A stretch of DNA of 64,000 nucleotides from Deltaproteobacteria bacterium (GCA_016234935.1 JACRNL010000001.1:200679-264678); one strand, 5' to 3'; positions 33,427 to 47,115 are shown, counted from the stretch's first letter. Numbers and translations are program-made. The notes: generated from the sequence alone by a model not told the origin.

Positions 33427-33909
33427 ATGGCAGGAAAAGACCCCTTGAAGGGGATCAGCCCCTTTAAAATAAGCTCCGTCATATCAAAATCCTACGCGCA
33501 TCTCGGCATAGAGGCCAAACTGCGCGAACATCACATCAAAAAAACATGGGCCGAAGCCGTTGGAAACCTCATCGCCGCAAAGAGCTCCCCGTCAAGGCTC
33601 ATAGGCACGACCCTCTACTGCGTCGTGTCGTCCGCGCCGTGGATGTCTGAACTGTCCTATCAAAAACCCGTCATCATAGCGCGGTTGAACGAACTGCTCG
33701 GCAAGGGCGTGACACCCTGCGTGGGCGCCGTCACCGAGATAGTCTTCAAGCCCGGCAAGGTCGCCAGCCGCGCCCCAAAGGCCGCGAAGGCAGCTCATCG
33801 AAAACTTACACATGAAGAAAAAGAAGCCATCGAAGAGACCGTAAAGCCCGTAAAAGACGAAACGCTCAAAGCCCTGATAAAACGTGCAATGGAAAAGGCA
33901 AAGGGTTAG
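33427..33909 (+). CDS. DUF721/DciA family replicative helicase loader
   Basis: W..AVG..IA, V.S..W..EL.Y, LN..LG..V.EI.F; GGAGAGG RBS; contains one type A and one type B insert. Confidence 0.85.
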   Translation: MAGKDPLKGISPFKISSVISKSYAHLGIEAKLREHHIKKTWAEAVGNLIAAKSSPSRLIGTTLYCVVSSAPWMSELSYQKPVIIARLNELLGKGVTPCVGAVTEIVFKPGKVASRAPKAAKAAHRKLTHEEKEAIEETVKPVKDETLKALIKRAMEKAKG

Positions 33910-34631
33910 CAGCCTGCTATTCCAGCCTCTATAAAAAATACCTTCGTCTTTTTTCCATTTGCCATTTCCTCTCGTAAAATCCGCATTGGCTTAATGCCAA
34001 GCGCATCCATCTCTGAAATCATCTCATCCAGTCTTGCCGATGGAAATACAAAAAACATCCTGCCGCCATTGCCTGCAAGGTGACTGGAAACGGCCAGCAT
34101 GTCTTGAAGCCCTCCCATGACCTCGCTCCGGCCAATTCTTCTTGCCGGATCCGGGCTTTGCCTTCCTGCACCGGCCTTTGCGTATGGAGGGTTACTTATG
34201 ACGATATCAAAGGAGCCTTCCGGATAATCAGCGGACTCGCAGGACGTCACGCCCAAATTTCTGTAATCGCCTGCCACTATTTTTATCCTCGACGACAGAC
34301 CGTTCAGCCGCACATTCCTTTCGGCAAGCGCGGCGCAGCCGTCCACCACCTCGACGCCGGTGATTTCCGTCGCCGTTGTTTTAGCCGCGATAAGAATGGG
34401 CATTACCCCCGTGCCGGCGCCGAGGTCAATAATCTTCGAGTCCTTGCCTATACTTTCAAGGACGAAATTTACGAGAAGGATGGAGTCCTGCGTATATCTG
34501 TTGCCGGATCTTTTCTGGATAAAGGAATACGGGCCGATTGGTTCAATCGTCTCGGTCTCCGGGTCGAAAGCGTCATCCGGCTCGCAGGGTGTCACACCCT
34601 TCAATTTGATGCCCGCGGAGTTCTTTTGCAT
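33906..34631 (-). CDS. tRNA1(Val) A37 N6-methyltransferase-like (TrmN6/YfiC)
   Basis: DSILL, DLGAGTG, NPPY. Confidence 0.85.
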   Translation of the reverse strand: MQKNSAGIKLKGVTPCEPDDAFDPETETIEPIGPYSFIQKRSGNRYTQDSILLVNFVLESIGKDSKIIDLGAGTGVMPILIAAKTTATEITGVEVVDGCAALAERNVRLNGLSSRIKIVAGDYRNLGVTSCESADYPEGSFDIVISNPPYAKAGAGRQSPDPARRIGRSEVMGGLQDMLAVSSHLAGNGGRMFFVFPSARLDEMISEMDALGIKPMRILREEMANGKKTKVFFIEAGIAGC

Positions 34632-34680
34632 TCAGTTTGCTTTAGAATGGAGTTTTTTTGCCCGCCTTTTTTCTAAAAAA

Positions 34681-34716
34681 GGGGTTGAACCCCCTGAGGG
34701 GGCTCAGCCCCTTCAA
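34681..34716. repeat. Two type A units
   Basis: GGGG TTGAA CCCC CTGAG GGGG CTCAG CCCC TTCAA. Confidence 0.85.
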
Positions 34717-34741
34717 GCGGGCAAGAAATGAGCTGCAACCG

Positions 34742-36163
<1,422 letters not shown>

Positions 36164-36225
36164 AATTTTAAAACCCTCCGGGATATCTGTAAGTTGAAAA
36201 AATACTTTACGGGGCTGAATTTATT

Positions 36226-36254
36226 AATTTACTACTCGAAAAAACGGTTGTCAA
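36226..36254 (-). promoter_or_regulatory. Putative sigma-70 promoter
   Basis: Minus strand TTGACA-N17-TAAATT. Confidence 0.55.
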
Positions 36255-36336
36255 TGGAAAAAGGGAGGAGGATGCTTTCAGTAAAACCCGCATGGCAAGG
36301 CTTTTACCGGGCCTCGCCATTTTTCCCCGAAGTTTA

Positions 36337-36873
36337 TCACAGATACTTCTTTACCGCCTCATCCCACCTGCCCTGCGCTTTCAGGATCAGTTCGACGACT
36401 TCCCTTACCGCCCCTTTTCCGCCGGGCTTCATCGTGATGTAATGCACCCTCTGCTTCACCTCGTCAACCGCATCCGGCACGCAGATGGCGAGGCCGGCCC
36501 TTTTTAGCACGGGAATGTCGACGACGTCGTCACCCATGTAGGCGGTCTCTTCCGTTTTAAACCCTTCTTTTTCCAAGAGGTCGTCATAGGCCTTTGCCTT
36601 CTCAATGGCCCCCTGATAAAGCAGTTCTATGCCGAGGTTTTTGGCCCTGTGCTTTACGACGTCCGATTGCCTCGCGGTTATTATCGCCGCCTTTATCCCC
36701 GCCCTCTGGAGCATTTTTATGCCGTGGCCGTCGCGCACGTTGAAAAACTTCGTCTCCTCGCCCCTGTCGTTGTAGATTACCGAGCCGTCCGTCATCACGC
36801 CGTCAACGTCCATGATGAGAAGTTTTATCGGTTTTATCCGTTTAATCAAATCGCCGCCAAGTTCGATAGCCAC
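36337..36873 (-). CDS. kdsC: KDO 8-phosphate phosphatase
   Basis: DVDGVMTDG, FNVRDG.G, GDD..D, GG.GAVRE. Confidence 0.93.
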   Translation of the reverse strand: MAIELGGDLIKRIKPIKLLIMDVDGVMTDGSVIYNDRGEETKFFNVRDGHGIKMLQRAGIKAAIITARQSDVVKHRAKNLGIELLYQGAIEKAKAYDDLLEKEGFKTEETAYMGDDVVDIPVLKRAGLAICVPDAVDEVKQRVHYITMKPGGKGAVREVVELILKAQGRWDEAVKKYL

Positions 36874-36890
36874 GCCTGCCTCCGGTGAAA

Positions 36891-39041
36891 TTATATTGCC
36901 TCAACCCTTACGCTGAAAGAAAACCCGGTGCTGGCAGGCGCGTCCAGATTCACGGGCATGAGAAAGACGAGGCACGCGCCCTGGAATATCTTTTCAAAAC
37001 CGGCCTCTGAAAGAGAGACCGAATAAATAGGGAACCTCCAGAGCCTGACCGGCGTCGAGACTTCTATGGTCACGCAGACGCCTGTGAATTTGTCAATCAG
37101 GCTGACGCCCTCCACGCCGGAAAGCTCTCCGGCGCTCCCAAGGCCGATGCCGGTTCCATCAATGCGCGCCCCCTCGCAGGGTGTCACACCCTTGAAATTA
37201 TAAAGGCACGCCGGACCGTCGCAGCACGGCAGAAGAAGATTTAATTCCACCGCCAGCAGAACCTCTCCGGGCGTATCGTCGCGCGCGTCTACGATGTCGT
37301 TGTCGACGCGGTAGCTCACGGTGAAGCCGTCCGCGCCGAGCGGCCTTATCTCCTTGGCGACAAAGACGCTTACGCCTTTCACGTCCGACCACTTTGAGAG
37401 GGAGAAGCCCTTGCCGTCATCGTCCACAAGGCATTCAAAGCGGCCATACGGGAAGTCCGCAAGCTCCGCATGGGTGTTCGCGCTGAACTCGGCAAACGTC
37501 GTCTCCCTGCCGATTACGTGCTCAACGAACGATCCTCTCCTGCGCGTGTCGAGCGTAAGGAGCTTATCAAGCCCCTTTTCCTTTACCAGCAGAAGGTCAT
37601 GTATGCTTTTAGCCGCCTCGAAGGCGCCGCCTGTCGCTATCTTTTCGAGCTTATGGTGGTAGCCCTCGGGCCATCGCGTGAGGACGTTCGAAAGGTTCAG
37701 CGCCTTTTTCATGTAATCAAACTCATAAAGGCCGCCGCCAATTCCGGGCGAAAAAAATAGGTTAAGTCCCGCTGTCTTTAAAATCACCTCGTCGTTGCCG
37801 TCGGCGTCCATGTCGGTCTTTTCTATGGAATTTCCCCCGCCGCCGCGCGCCTCCGCGACAAGCCGCTCAGCGGTCAAGAGGTTCTCATACACGGCAGTTC
37901 GCAGATGCGGCAGGTAAAGCCCGCCGAACACGCCGTGCCAGTACGCGTCGTTGCACTGTGCCTTATACAGCGCGCGCGTCGCCTCGCCCAGCGTCTTGTC
38001 TCCCGGCTTTAAGGCGCGCGCCTCCCCAAGCTCCATGCTGACCATGAGCATCCTCTTGTGCATCCAGTTGGCCTCAGGGTATTTAGCCATAAAATTCCTC
38101 CAGATGCCGCCCTGAACGAACTGCTTTATGCGCGACCCGTTGTCCCATTGCGCCGCGTCGTCCATAAGCGCGCCGTATGCCCTTGACGACGGCGCAGGCA
38201 GGGCCCACTCACCCATCTCCATGTATGACGTCGTCGGCAGATAGACCCTGCCAAGCGGATCCTCGGCGTCTATCAACCCCGCGAGAGTCACCGGGCGGAG
38301 CCAATCCGCGGACTCTTCTATCTTTTTAAAAAAAGCCTTAAGCCATCCTTCGTCGTAGACCGATTTATGCGTGCCCGGCCACACGCCGAACTTCTCGCCG
38401 TCGTCGCCGTAAATGGCGGCTTTGCCGCGGGTGAGCGTCGTCTTCAAAGACCTTAAATATCCTTCGAGACTGTCAACCGGCTGAAACGGTATCATGTAGC
38501 GCATGGTCTCGCTGCCAGGGAATATCTTGACCGTATTGCCCATATCCTCGGTGATGTAGTAGCCGCCGAGTTCCTCTTTAGGGATGCCGGACCTCACAAA
38601 ATGGTAATCATCAACGAGCAGATACTCGACACCCGCGTTTTTAAGCGTCGTGGGGAGCGTAGGCTCCCAGACCCTCTCGGCAAGCCAGATGCCGCGCGGA
38701 CGCGCGCCGAAAAGCTCCTCTATCCTGTCTGCCATCATCTTTATCTGCCCGATTCTGTCGCATTCAGGGATTACCGAAAGCACCGGCTCGTAGTGCGCGC
38801 CGCCCATTATCTCGACCTGGCGGGCAGATACCATTTCCTTAAGGAGCCCGATGTATTCGGGATGGCTCCGGGCTATCCAGTCAAGGAGAAAACCTGACGT
38901 ATGCAGCGTCAATTTTACCGATGGATATTTTGAAAGCAACTTCAGGAAGGGCCAATAAGCATTCTCATACGCATCTTCAAGGACATGGGGGAAGTTGCCG
39001 ACAGGCTGATGGTTGTGTATGCAGAAAGCGAAATATGTCAT
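36891..39041 (-). CDS. GH57 alpha-amylase/4-alpha-glucanotransferase
   Basis: HNHQP, WLAERVW, DDGEKFG, AQCNDAYWHG. Confidence 0.93.
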   Translation of the reverse strand: MTYFAFCIHNHQPVGNFPHVLEDAYENAYWPFLKLLSKYPSVKLTLHTSGFLLDWIARSHPEYIGLLKEMVSARQVEIMGGAHYEPVLSVIPECDRIGQIKMMADRIEELFGARPRGIWLAERVWEPTLPTTLKNAGVEYLLVDDYHFVRSGIPKEELGGYYITEDMGNTVKIFPGSETMRYMIPFQPVDSLEGYLRSLKTTLTRGKAAIYGDDGEKFGVWPGTHKSVYDEGWLKAFFKKIEESADWLRPVTLAGLIDAEDPLGRVYLPTTSYMEMGEWALPAPSSRAYGALMDDAAQWDNGSRIKQFVQGGIWRNFMAKYPEANWMHKRMLMVSMELGEARALKPGDKTLGEATRALYKAQCNDAYWHGVFGGLYLPHLRTAVYENLLTAERLVAEARGGGGNSIEKTDMDADGNDEVILKTAGLNLFFSPGIGGGLYEFDYMKKALNLSNVLTRWPEGYHHKLEKIATGGAFEAAKSIHDLLLVKEKGLDKLLTLDTRRRGSFVEHVIGRETTFAEFSANTHAELADFPYGRFECLVDDDGKGFSLSKWSDVKGVSVFVAKEIRPLGADGFTVSYRVDNDIVDARDDTPGEVLLAVELNLLLPCCDGPACLYNFKGVTPCEGARIDGTGIGLGSAGELSGVEGVSLIDKFTGVCVTIEVSTPVRLWRFPIYSVSLSEAGFEKIFQGACLVFLMPVNLDAPASTGFSFSVRVEAI

Positions 39042-39069
39042 CCAGGGCTTCGTTCCTTTGCGCCTTTAG

Positions 39070-39138
39070 TTGTCATCCCCGAACGTCTCTATCGGGGATC
39101 TGCTTTTAGATTCCCGATTAAAACCTCGGGAATGACAA
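39070..39138. repeat. GTCATCCCCG/CGGGAATGAC REP-type doublet
   Basis: TTGTCATCCCCGAACGTCTCTATCGGGGATCT..AGATTCCCGATTAAAACCTCGGGAATGACAA. Confidence 0.8.
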
Positions 39139-39176
39139 ATGAGAATGAAGACGAAATGTCTCTATCGTAGATTTAT

Positions 39177-39231
39177 CTTGCCCTTGCATGCCTGCCCTCG
39201 CGTGTCTGAAGCGGGGGTTTTTAAGCGGGGG
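39177..39231 (+). repeat. Nested 27+27-bp unit
   Basis: CTTGCCCTTGCATG[CCTGCCCTCGCGTGTCTGAAGCGGGGG]TTTTTAAGCGGGGG. Confidence 0.85.
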
Positions 39232-39239
39232 ACGGCGCG

Positions 39240-40535
39240 CTACAGCAGCTCTACCACGTGCTTTACCTCCGCGTCGACGCCGTATCTGTGAAGCCCGTCC
39301 CTTATCTGCACGATGCAGCCGGGGCAAGCCGTGGCCACGACCTCGGCCCCGCTGTCCCTGACGCTCTCGGCCTTTCTTTTGGTTATCTCGATGGAAAGTT
39401 CATAGTTCGTAAGGCTCACCCCGCCGCCAAGCCCGCAGCAGGAGCACGGGAAGCGCATCTGCTTGAATACCAGCGAGCTGTTGCCCTTGAGGAGTTCCCT
39501 CGGCTCGTCGCGCACGCCGAGGTTCCTGTTCAAATGGCATGGGTCATGGTATGTGACTATCCTTTTCGCGTCCTTATTCCCGCCCTCTGACCTGTACTTT
39601 AAAACATCCGCGAGAAGAACGGTTATGTCCATGACCTTCGAACAAAACGCGTTGACCCTCGCTGTCATTTCTCTTGACCGGATAGACTCTCCGGAAAGCA
39701 GCTCTTTAAAGACCGATTTAAGCCCATAGGTGCAGGTCGCGCACGCGGTGACGATGTAGTCGCAATCATACCCCTCGAAGGCCTCTATGTTTTTCAGGGC
39801 GAGATTCCTTGCCGTCTCGACGTCGCCCATGTAATACGCGGGCATGCCGCAGCAGACTTGAGAGTCCGGCACCACGACGTCGCCGCCGGCCTTCCTTACA
39901 GCTTCAATAGACTTCACGCCGACGTTCGGCATCAGGTAGTTAACGCCGCACCCGGCGTAGAAGGCCGCCTTCAGGGGCCTTGCGGCCCTGTTCTTCTCCG
40001 TTCTCGCGGTATCGGAGGCTAATGCCTTTACCTCAGGCATGTCTAAAAAAAATGTCTCGGCAAGGGGCGGTATCAACCTGCCTTGGCCGACAAGAGGCAG
40101 GGAAAAACGCGAAAGCAGGCCGTTATCAACGCCTGAGTCCTTGAAAAAAACCCCCTGAAACCTGGCGGCGCATTTAAGCGCAAACGGCATGAGCTTTGAT
40201 GAATCGAGAATGTTCTTGAGGAACAGATTGGCCGCAAGCGGCAGGCCCTGCTCCTTAACGGCCTGAGCCCTTGCGGCATTTATGATACCGATAGTGTCAA
40301 CGCCGTTAGGACACGTGTCCCTGCACGCGCCGCACATGGTGCATTCCTTTATATGTTTGAGGTACGCGTCAGTGATGTCCAGCTCGCTGTTAAAGCGCGC
40401 GCCAATGAGCGTTATCTTGCCCCTTGCAGAGGCGCTCTCCCTGCCTATCACCCTGAAGGTCGGACAGATAGACCTGCACGTGCCGCATTTGACGCATTTG
40501 TTTATTTCATCCTTTAAATGTTTAAGCTCTTCCAT
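39240..40535 (-). CDS. glcF: Fe-S oxidoreductase, glycolate/lactate oxidase GlcF-like
   Basis: Two CxxCxxCxxxCP motifs and two CCG domains. Confidence 0.8.
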   Translation of the reverse strand: MEELKHLKDEINKCVKCGTCRSICPTFRVIGRESASARGKITLIGARFNSELDITDAYLKHIKECTMCGACRDTCPNGVDTIGIINAARAQAVKEQGLPLAANLFLKNILDSSKLMPFALKCAARFQGVFFKDSGVDNGLLSRFSLPLVGQGRLIPPLAETFFLDMPEVKALASDTARTEKNRAARPLKAAFYAGCGVNYLMPNVGVKSIEAVRKAGGDVVVPDSQVCCGMPAYYMGDVETARNLALKNIEAFEGYDCDYIVTACATCTYGLKSVFKELLSGESIRSREMTARVNAFCSKVMDITVLLADVLKYRSEGGNKDAKRIVTYHDPCHLNRNLGVRDEPRELLKGNSSLVFKQMRFPCSCCGLGGGVSLTNYELSIEITKRKAESVRDSGAEVVATACPGCIVQIRDGLHRYGVDAEVKHVVELL

Positions 40536-40545
40536 AATGTCCTGC

Positions 40546-41982
40546 CTAATGGCGCACAGGCGCGCCCTGCGCGGGCCTTGCGCCTGATGCCGGGCTCATG
40601 TCAGCCTGCAAAAAAATCTTTCCCGGGTTTAATACACCCCTTGGGTCAAATACGTTCTTAATGCGCATCATTAAATCAATGGCCGCCGGGCCGAGCTCCA
40701 TGCCGAGATACTTCGCCTTTGCCGTGCCTATGCCGTGCTCGCCGGAGATTGTCCCCTTCAGGCCGAGCGCCAGCCTGAATACATCCTCAACCGCCTCCGG
40801 CGCGGCCTTGGCCTCCCGCGGGTCGCTCCTGTCGTACATCACATTCACGTGTATATTGCCGTCGCCGGCGTGTCCGAAACAGGCTATCAAAAGGTTTTTC
40901 CTTTCCGCTATCTCCTCGACGCCGGCTATAAGCTCTACTACGGCGCTCCTTGGCACCACGACGTCTTCGTTTATCTTGTGCGGCCTTGCCCTGAAGAGCG
41001 CGGCTGACGCAGACCTTCTCGCCTTCCAGAGGTTTTTGACCTCGTTTTTTTCAGAGGCCGCCTGAACGCTGATGGCGCGGCTGTCTTTGCAGATACCTTC
41101 GATTATCACAGCCTCTTTTTCCGTAGTTTCAACGGCCCCGTCAACCTCTATCAAAAGCAGCCCGCCGGCGTCCGCAGGCAGGCCGGCCTTTGCAAACTCC
41201 TCAACGCATTTTATGGACACGCCGTCCATAAGCTCAAGGGTCGATGGGATTATCCTTGCCTTTATGATCTCGGACACGGCCCTTGCCGCGTCCTTCACGT
41301 CAGGAAAAACCGCAAGCATGGTCTTGGTCGTCTCAGGCAACGGAAGCAACTTCAGCGTCGCCTTCGTGACGATGCCGAGCGTCCCCTCGGATCCGACAAT
41401 TAGCCTCGTAAGGTCATAGCCCACCACGCCCTTGACCGTTCTTACGCCCGTGTTTATTATCTCGCCCGTCGGGAGGACGACCTCAAGCCCCATGACGTAG
41501 TCTCGCGTGACGCCGTACTTAACGGCCCTCGGCCCGCCGGCGCACTCTGCTATGTTTCCGCCTATGGTTGAAAATTTAAGGCTCGTCGGATCTGGCGGAT
41601 AGAAAAGCCCCCTTGCCTCCACCTCCTGCTGGAACTCCCAGGTCACAACGCCCGGCTCAACTACGGCCAGGAGATTCTCCGCGTCGATTTCTATGATTTT
41701 TTTCATGCGCTCAAGGGAGAGCACAAGTCCGCCCTCGACAGGGACGCTCCCGCCGGAGGCCCCCGTGCCGGCGCCGCGCGGTATGACGCCGAACCCGGCG
41801 GCATTGGCCGTCTTCATGATGCCGGAGATTTCCTCCGGAGTCGACGCGAACACCACCCCGTCAGGCATGGAAACCTTATTCGTCGCGTCGTAGGAATAAC
41901 AGAGGAGGTCTTCCTTTGAAAACGAGGCGTTCGCCTCGCCGACTATCCTTCTTAATTCGTTTTTTATGGATTCAGTAAACAT
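40546..41982 (-). CDS. glcD: FAD-linked oxidase, GlcD-like
   Basis: RGAGTG.SGG, YPPDP, GSEGTLG, HAGDGN.H, GEHGIG. Confidence 0.85.
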   Translation of the reverse strand: MFTESIKNELRRIVGEANASFSKEDLLCYSYDATNKVSMPDGVVFASTPEEISGIMKTANAAGFGVIPRGAGTGASGGSVPVEGGLVLSLERMKKIIEIDAENLLAVVEPGVVTWEFQQEVEARGLFYPPDPTSLKFSTIGGNIAECAGGPRAVKYGVTRDYVMGLEVVLPTGEIINTGVRTVKGVVGYDLTRLIVGSEGTLGIVTKATLKLLPLPETTKTMLAVFPDVKDAARAVSEIIKARIIPSTLELMDGVSIKCVEEFAKAGLPADAGGLLLIEVDGAVETTEKEAVIIEGICKDSRAISVQAASEKNEVKNLWKARRSASAALFRARPHKINEDVVVPRSAVVELIAGVEEIAERKNLLIACFGHAGDGNIHVNVMYDRSDPREAKAAPEAVEDVFRLALGLKGTISGEHGIGTAKAKYLGMELGPAAIDLMMRIKNVFDPRGVLNPGKIFLQADMSPASGARPAQGAPVRH

Positions 41983-42180
41983 ATGTTTTATGGTTAAAAA
42001 ATTGATTCACAAAAACCTGCATCGACATTTACAGTTTATCAAAGATAACGGAAAAAGTCCATTTGGCAAGCGCATACCTTTCTTGAAAGAAAGGTATGCG
42101 CACGGCTAAAGCCTCAATGCAACCTTTTAGCTTTGCCCGCCGCAGGCGGCAAAGAACTTTAATTTCTAAAACCCCGGCAT

Positions 42181-42213
42181 AAAAAAACCGGTTCATGTCA
42201 TGACATGAACCGG
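42181..42213 (-). terminator. Perfect palindrome with U-tail at the end of the nusA-infB-pnp gene run
   Basis: CCGGTTCATGTCA|TGACATGAACCGG followed by T7 on the minus strand. Confidence 0.65.
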
Positions 42214-42276
42214 CAAAATGTTAATCCGCGCGCTTGCCGGGCGTCACGCGCCCGGCAAAATCCAAATAAAGCGGCC

Positions 42277-42945
42277 CTACTCCACCTTGAGCACATAGCC
42301 GACCCCTCTGACCGTGTGGATGAGTCTTTTTTCGGGGTCGTTGTCAACCTTTCCGCGCAGGTGGTTTATGTAAACGTCAACGACGTTAGTCTCGTTGTCA
42401 AAGGACTGGTCCCAGACATGCTCGGCGATGAGCGTCCTTGTGAGGACACGATTGGGGTTTCTCAGAAGATACTCGAGAAGGGCGTATTCCTTCACGGTAA
42501 GCTCGACCTCGGTCGTGCCCCTTTTGGCCTTTCGCGTTGACTGGTCAAGGCTCAAATCCTCAAACCTCAGAACCGGAGACGCCGCTGTCCCGCGCCTCAT
42601 AAGCGCCCTTACCCGCGCCAGAAGCTCCTCGAAGGCAAAGGGCTTGGTGAGGTAGTCGTCCGCGCCGAGGTTAAGGCCTTTCACCCTGTCCTCTACCGTG
42701 TCACGCGCGGTAAGGAGCAGAACCGGCGCCTTTATCCCTCTGGCCTTAATATCTTTTAAAACATCGAGACCGCTCTTTTTAGGGAGCATTATGTCGAGGA
42801 TTATGGCGTCGTATTCGTTTATCTCGGCGTAATGCTGGCCCTCTTCGCCGTCGTTTACGATGTCAACGGCGTAGCTCTCCTGCTCAAGGCCTCTTTTTAT
42901 GAAAGAGGCGACCTTTTTTTCGTCTTCGATTACAAGTATTCTCAT
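42277..42945 (-). CDS. OmpR-family response regulator (CusR/CzcR-like)
   Basis: Receiver domain plus winged helix (NVVDVYI, TVRGVGY). Confidence 0.93.
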   Translation of the reverse strand: MRILVIEDEKKVASFIKRGLEQESYAVDIVNDGEEGQHYAEINEYDAIILDIMLPKKSGLDVLKDIKARGIKAPVLLLTARDTVEDRVKGLNLGADDYLTKPFAFEELLARVRALMRRGTAASPVLRFEDLSLDQSTRKAKRGTTEVELTVKEYALLEYLLRNPNRVLTRTLIAEHVWDQSFDNETNVVDVYINHLRGKVDNDPEKRLIHTVRGVGYVLKVE

Positions 42946-42958
42946 ATATGCACCCCTG

Positions 42959-44233
42959 TCAGCCCCTTAGACCCTTGGGCAGGGCATTTGATCTCACGTC
43001 TCCCATTGCCACGAGCGTGACGTTACGCGGGTCGAACAAGGCTCCGGCCAGCGGCGTGATATCCCTTATGGTAACACGGTCTATGCCGGCAGTTATCTCT
43101 TTAATCGGCACGACATGGCCGAAGTATATCTCATCCCTTGCGAGCTTTGTCATTCTGTTGTCGCTCGCCTCAAGGCCGAGGAGCATCGAACCCTTAAGCT
43201 GGCTCTTGGCGTTTTTAAGCTCATCGGATGTGACGCCCTTGCGGAGTTTTGCGAACTCCTTCATCACGAGCCTTACGGTTGCGGCAAAGCTCTCCTTTGA
43301 CGTCCCGGCATAGACCGTCAGCGCACCGGTGTCCTTGCACAGGTTCAGATAAGAATAGACCGAATACGCAAGCCCCCTTTTCTCCCGTATCTCCTGAAAC
43401 AGGCGCGAGCTCATGCCGCCGCCGAGGATGGTGTTAAGAAGGTATATCTTATAGCGGTCTTTATGCGCCTGCGCCGGCACGGGCACGCCCATGCAGAGGT
43501 GGGCCTGCTCAAGCTCTTTTCTGACGATGGTTGAGCCTGGAAAGGCAACGGGTCTTTCAAGGGGTTGAACCCCCTCAGGGGGCGCGCCGTCAACCGATAC
43601 CTTCAGCTTCCCGAACGCGCCATTTAGAAGTCTCGCCGCGCGACCATGCGCTATGCCTCCGGCGACGGTTATGAATACGGGGCCTGAGCGGTAATGCCTT
43701 TGATAATAATCAAGGATACCGGCCCTATCAAAGGATTTAACAGTCGCGGCCGTGCCTAAAACCGACCCGCCGAGTGGATTGCCCTGCCAGAACCTTTCGG
43801 CGAAGAGGTCGTGGATAAGGTCGTCCGGCGTGTCCTCCACGAGTTTTATCTCCTGCAGGACGACCATCTTTTCCTTATTAATCTCAACCGCGTCGAACAT
43901 GGAGTTTATGAATATGTCGGACAGGAGGGCTGTTGCCGCGCCCATGTCCCTGTTGAGCACCTTCACATAGAAGCAGGTATACTCCCTGCTCGTAAAGGCG
44001 TTGAGGATGCCGCCTACGGACTCTATCTCCTTGGAGATGTCAAGGGCGCTCCTTGTTTTGGTGCCCTTAAAAAGCATATGCTCGATAAAATGGGAGATGC
44101 CTCCCTGCTTGCGCGTCTCGTTGCGCGAGCCTGAGTTTACCCATATGCCGATAGACGACGACTCGGAGCCCGGCATCTCCTCGGTCAGGAGTTTAATGCC
44201 GTTTTTGAATACTGTTTTTTTGATAAGGGACAT
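42959..44233 (-). CDS. M16 family zinc peptidase
   Basis: HFIEHMLFKGT, NAFT, GGGMSSRLFQEIRE. Confidence 0.94.
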   Translation of the reverse strand: MSLIKKTVFKNGIKLLTEEMPGSESSSIGIWVNSGSRNETRKQGGISHFIEHMLFKGTKTRSALDISKEIESVGGILNAFTSREYTCFYVKVLNRDMGAATALLSDIFINSMFDAVEINKEKMVVLQEIKLVEDTPDDLIHDLFAERFWQGNPLGGSVLGTAATVKSFDRAGILDYYQRHYRSGPVFITVAGGIAHGRAARLLNGAFGKLKVSVDGAPPEGVQPLERPVAFPGSTIVRKELEQAHLCMGVPVPAQAHKDRYKIYLLNTILGGGMSSRLFQEIREKRGLAYSVYSYLNLCKDTGALTVYAGTSKESFAATVRLVMKEFAKLRKGVTSDELKNAKSQLKGSMLLGLEASDNRMTKLARDEIYFGHVVPIKEITAGIDRVTIRDITPLAGALFDPRNVTLVAMGDVRSNALPKGLRG

Positions 44234-44406
44234 GAATCTCTTGGAAAATACTTGAAATGGAGCTAAAAGTAAAAAGCCGTGATGCCTTCGCATCACGGCC
44301 TGCTAACCGCACCTGCGGTGAGCAAAGATAAAAATGGCCGCAGGCATCACAGGCAAGCCTTGAAGCGATATCGCCGCACTCTTCCCTTTGCCGCGCGCAG
44401 CGTCTT

Positions 44407-46503
<2,097 letters not shown>

Positions 46504-46815
46504 TACCGTTAACGTCTCCTGTTTTTTATGAAAATTATCGTGATTTGCAAGCGCATTCAAAATGGCTCGGCAAAGGTATCCATGAAAAGCAACGCTTCCA
46601 GGAAAACCCTGTGGCTTCTTTTAATGCCTTAATACGTAACCCCCTGCGAACCTTCAAATATTCTTCGAAAACTCACCAGGACATACTGCGCATAAAACAA
46701 GAACCGCCGCCAAACGACATCCGTCAAAGACGGCTTGAAAGCAACCTTGCTGTTTGTTTCGCAACCGGACAACCTTACAAGTCAATCTTGCGCCGTCCGA
46801 TATCGCACGGCCGGC

Positions 46816-46845
46816 AGAAACCGTCCTTTTCGAAAAACAGGACGG
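46816..46845 (-). terminator. Hairpin after rpsO
   Basis: CCGTCCT..AGGACGG followed by TTTCT. Confidence 0.5.
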
Positions 46846-46848
46846 CTC

Positions 46849-47115
46849 CTACCTTCTGAGGCCGAGTCTTTCGAGGATGCTCTTGTAGCGATCCATGTCC
46901 TTACCCTTGACATAGTCAAGCAGCCTTCTCCTCTGACCGACCATCTTCAGCAGCCCTCTTCTTGAATGGTGGTCAGACTTGTTGGTCTTGAAGTGCACGC
47001 TGAGGCTGTTGATCCTCTCGGTAAGAAGAGCAATCTGCACATCCGGCGAGCCTGTGTCGCCATCATGCCTCTTGTACCCCTGGATTATTTCCTTTTTCTT
47101 CTCTGTTGCCAGCAT
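46849..47115 (-). CDS. rpsO: 30S ribosomal protein S15
   Basis: [19 protein letters not shown]; GGAGGTG SD. Confidence 0.98.
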   Translation of the reverse strand: MLATEKKKEIIQGYKRHDGDTGSPDVQIALLTERINSLSVHFKTNKSDHHSRRGLLKMVGQRRRLLDYVKGKDMDRYKSILERLGLRR

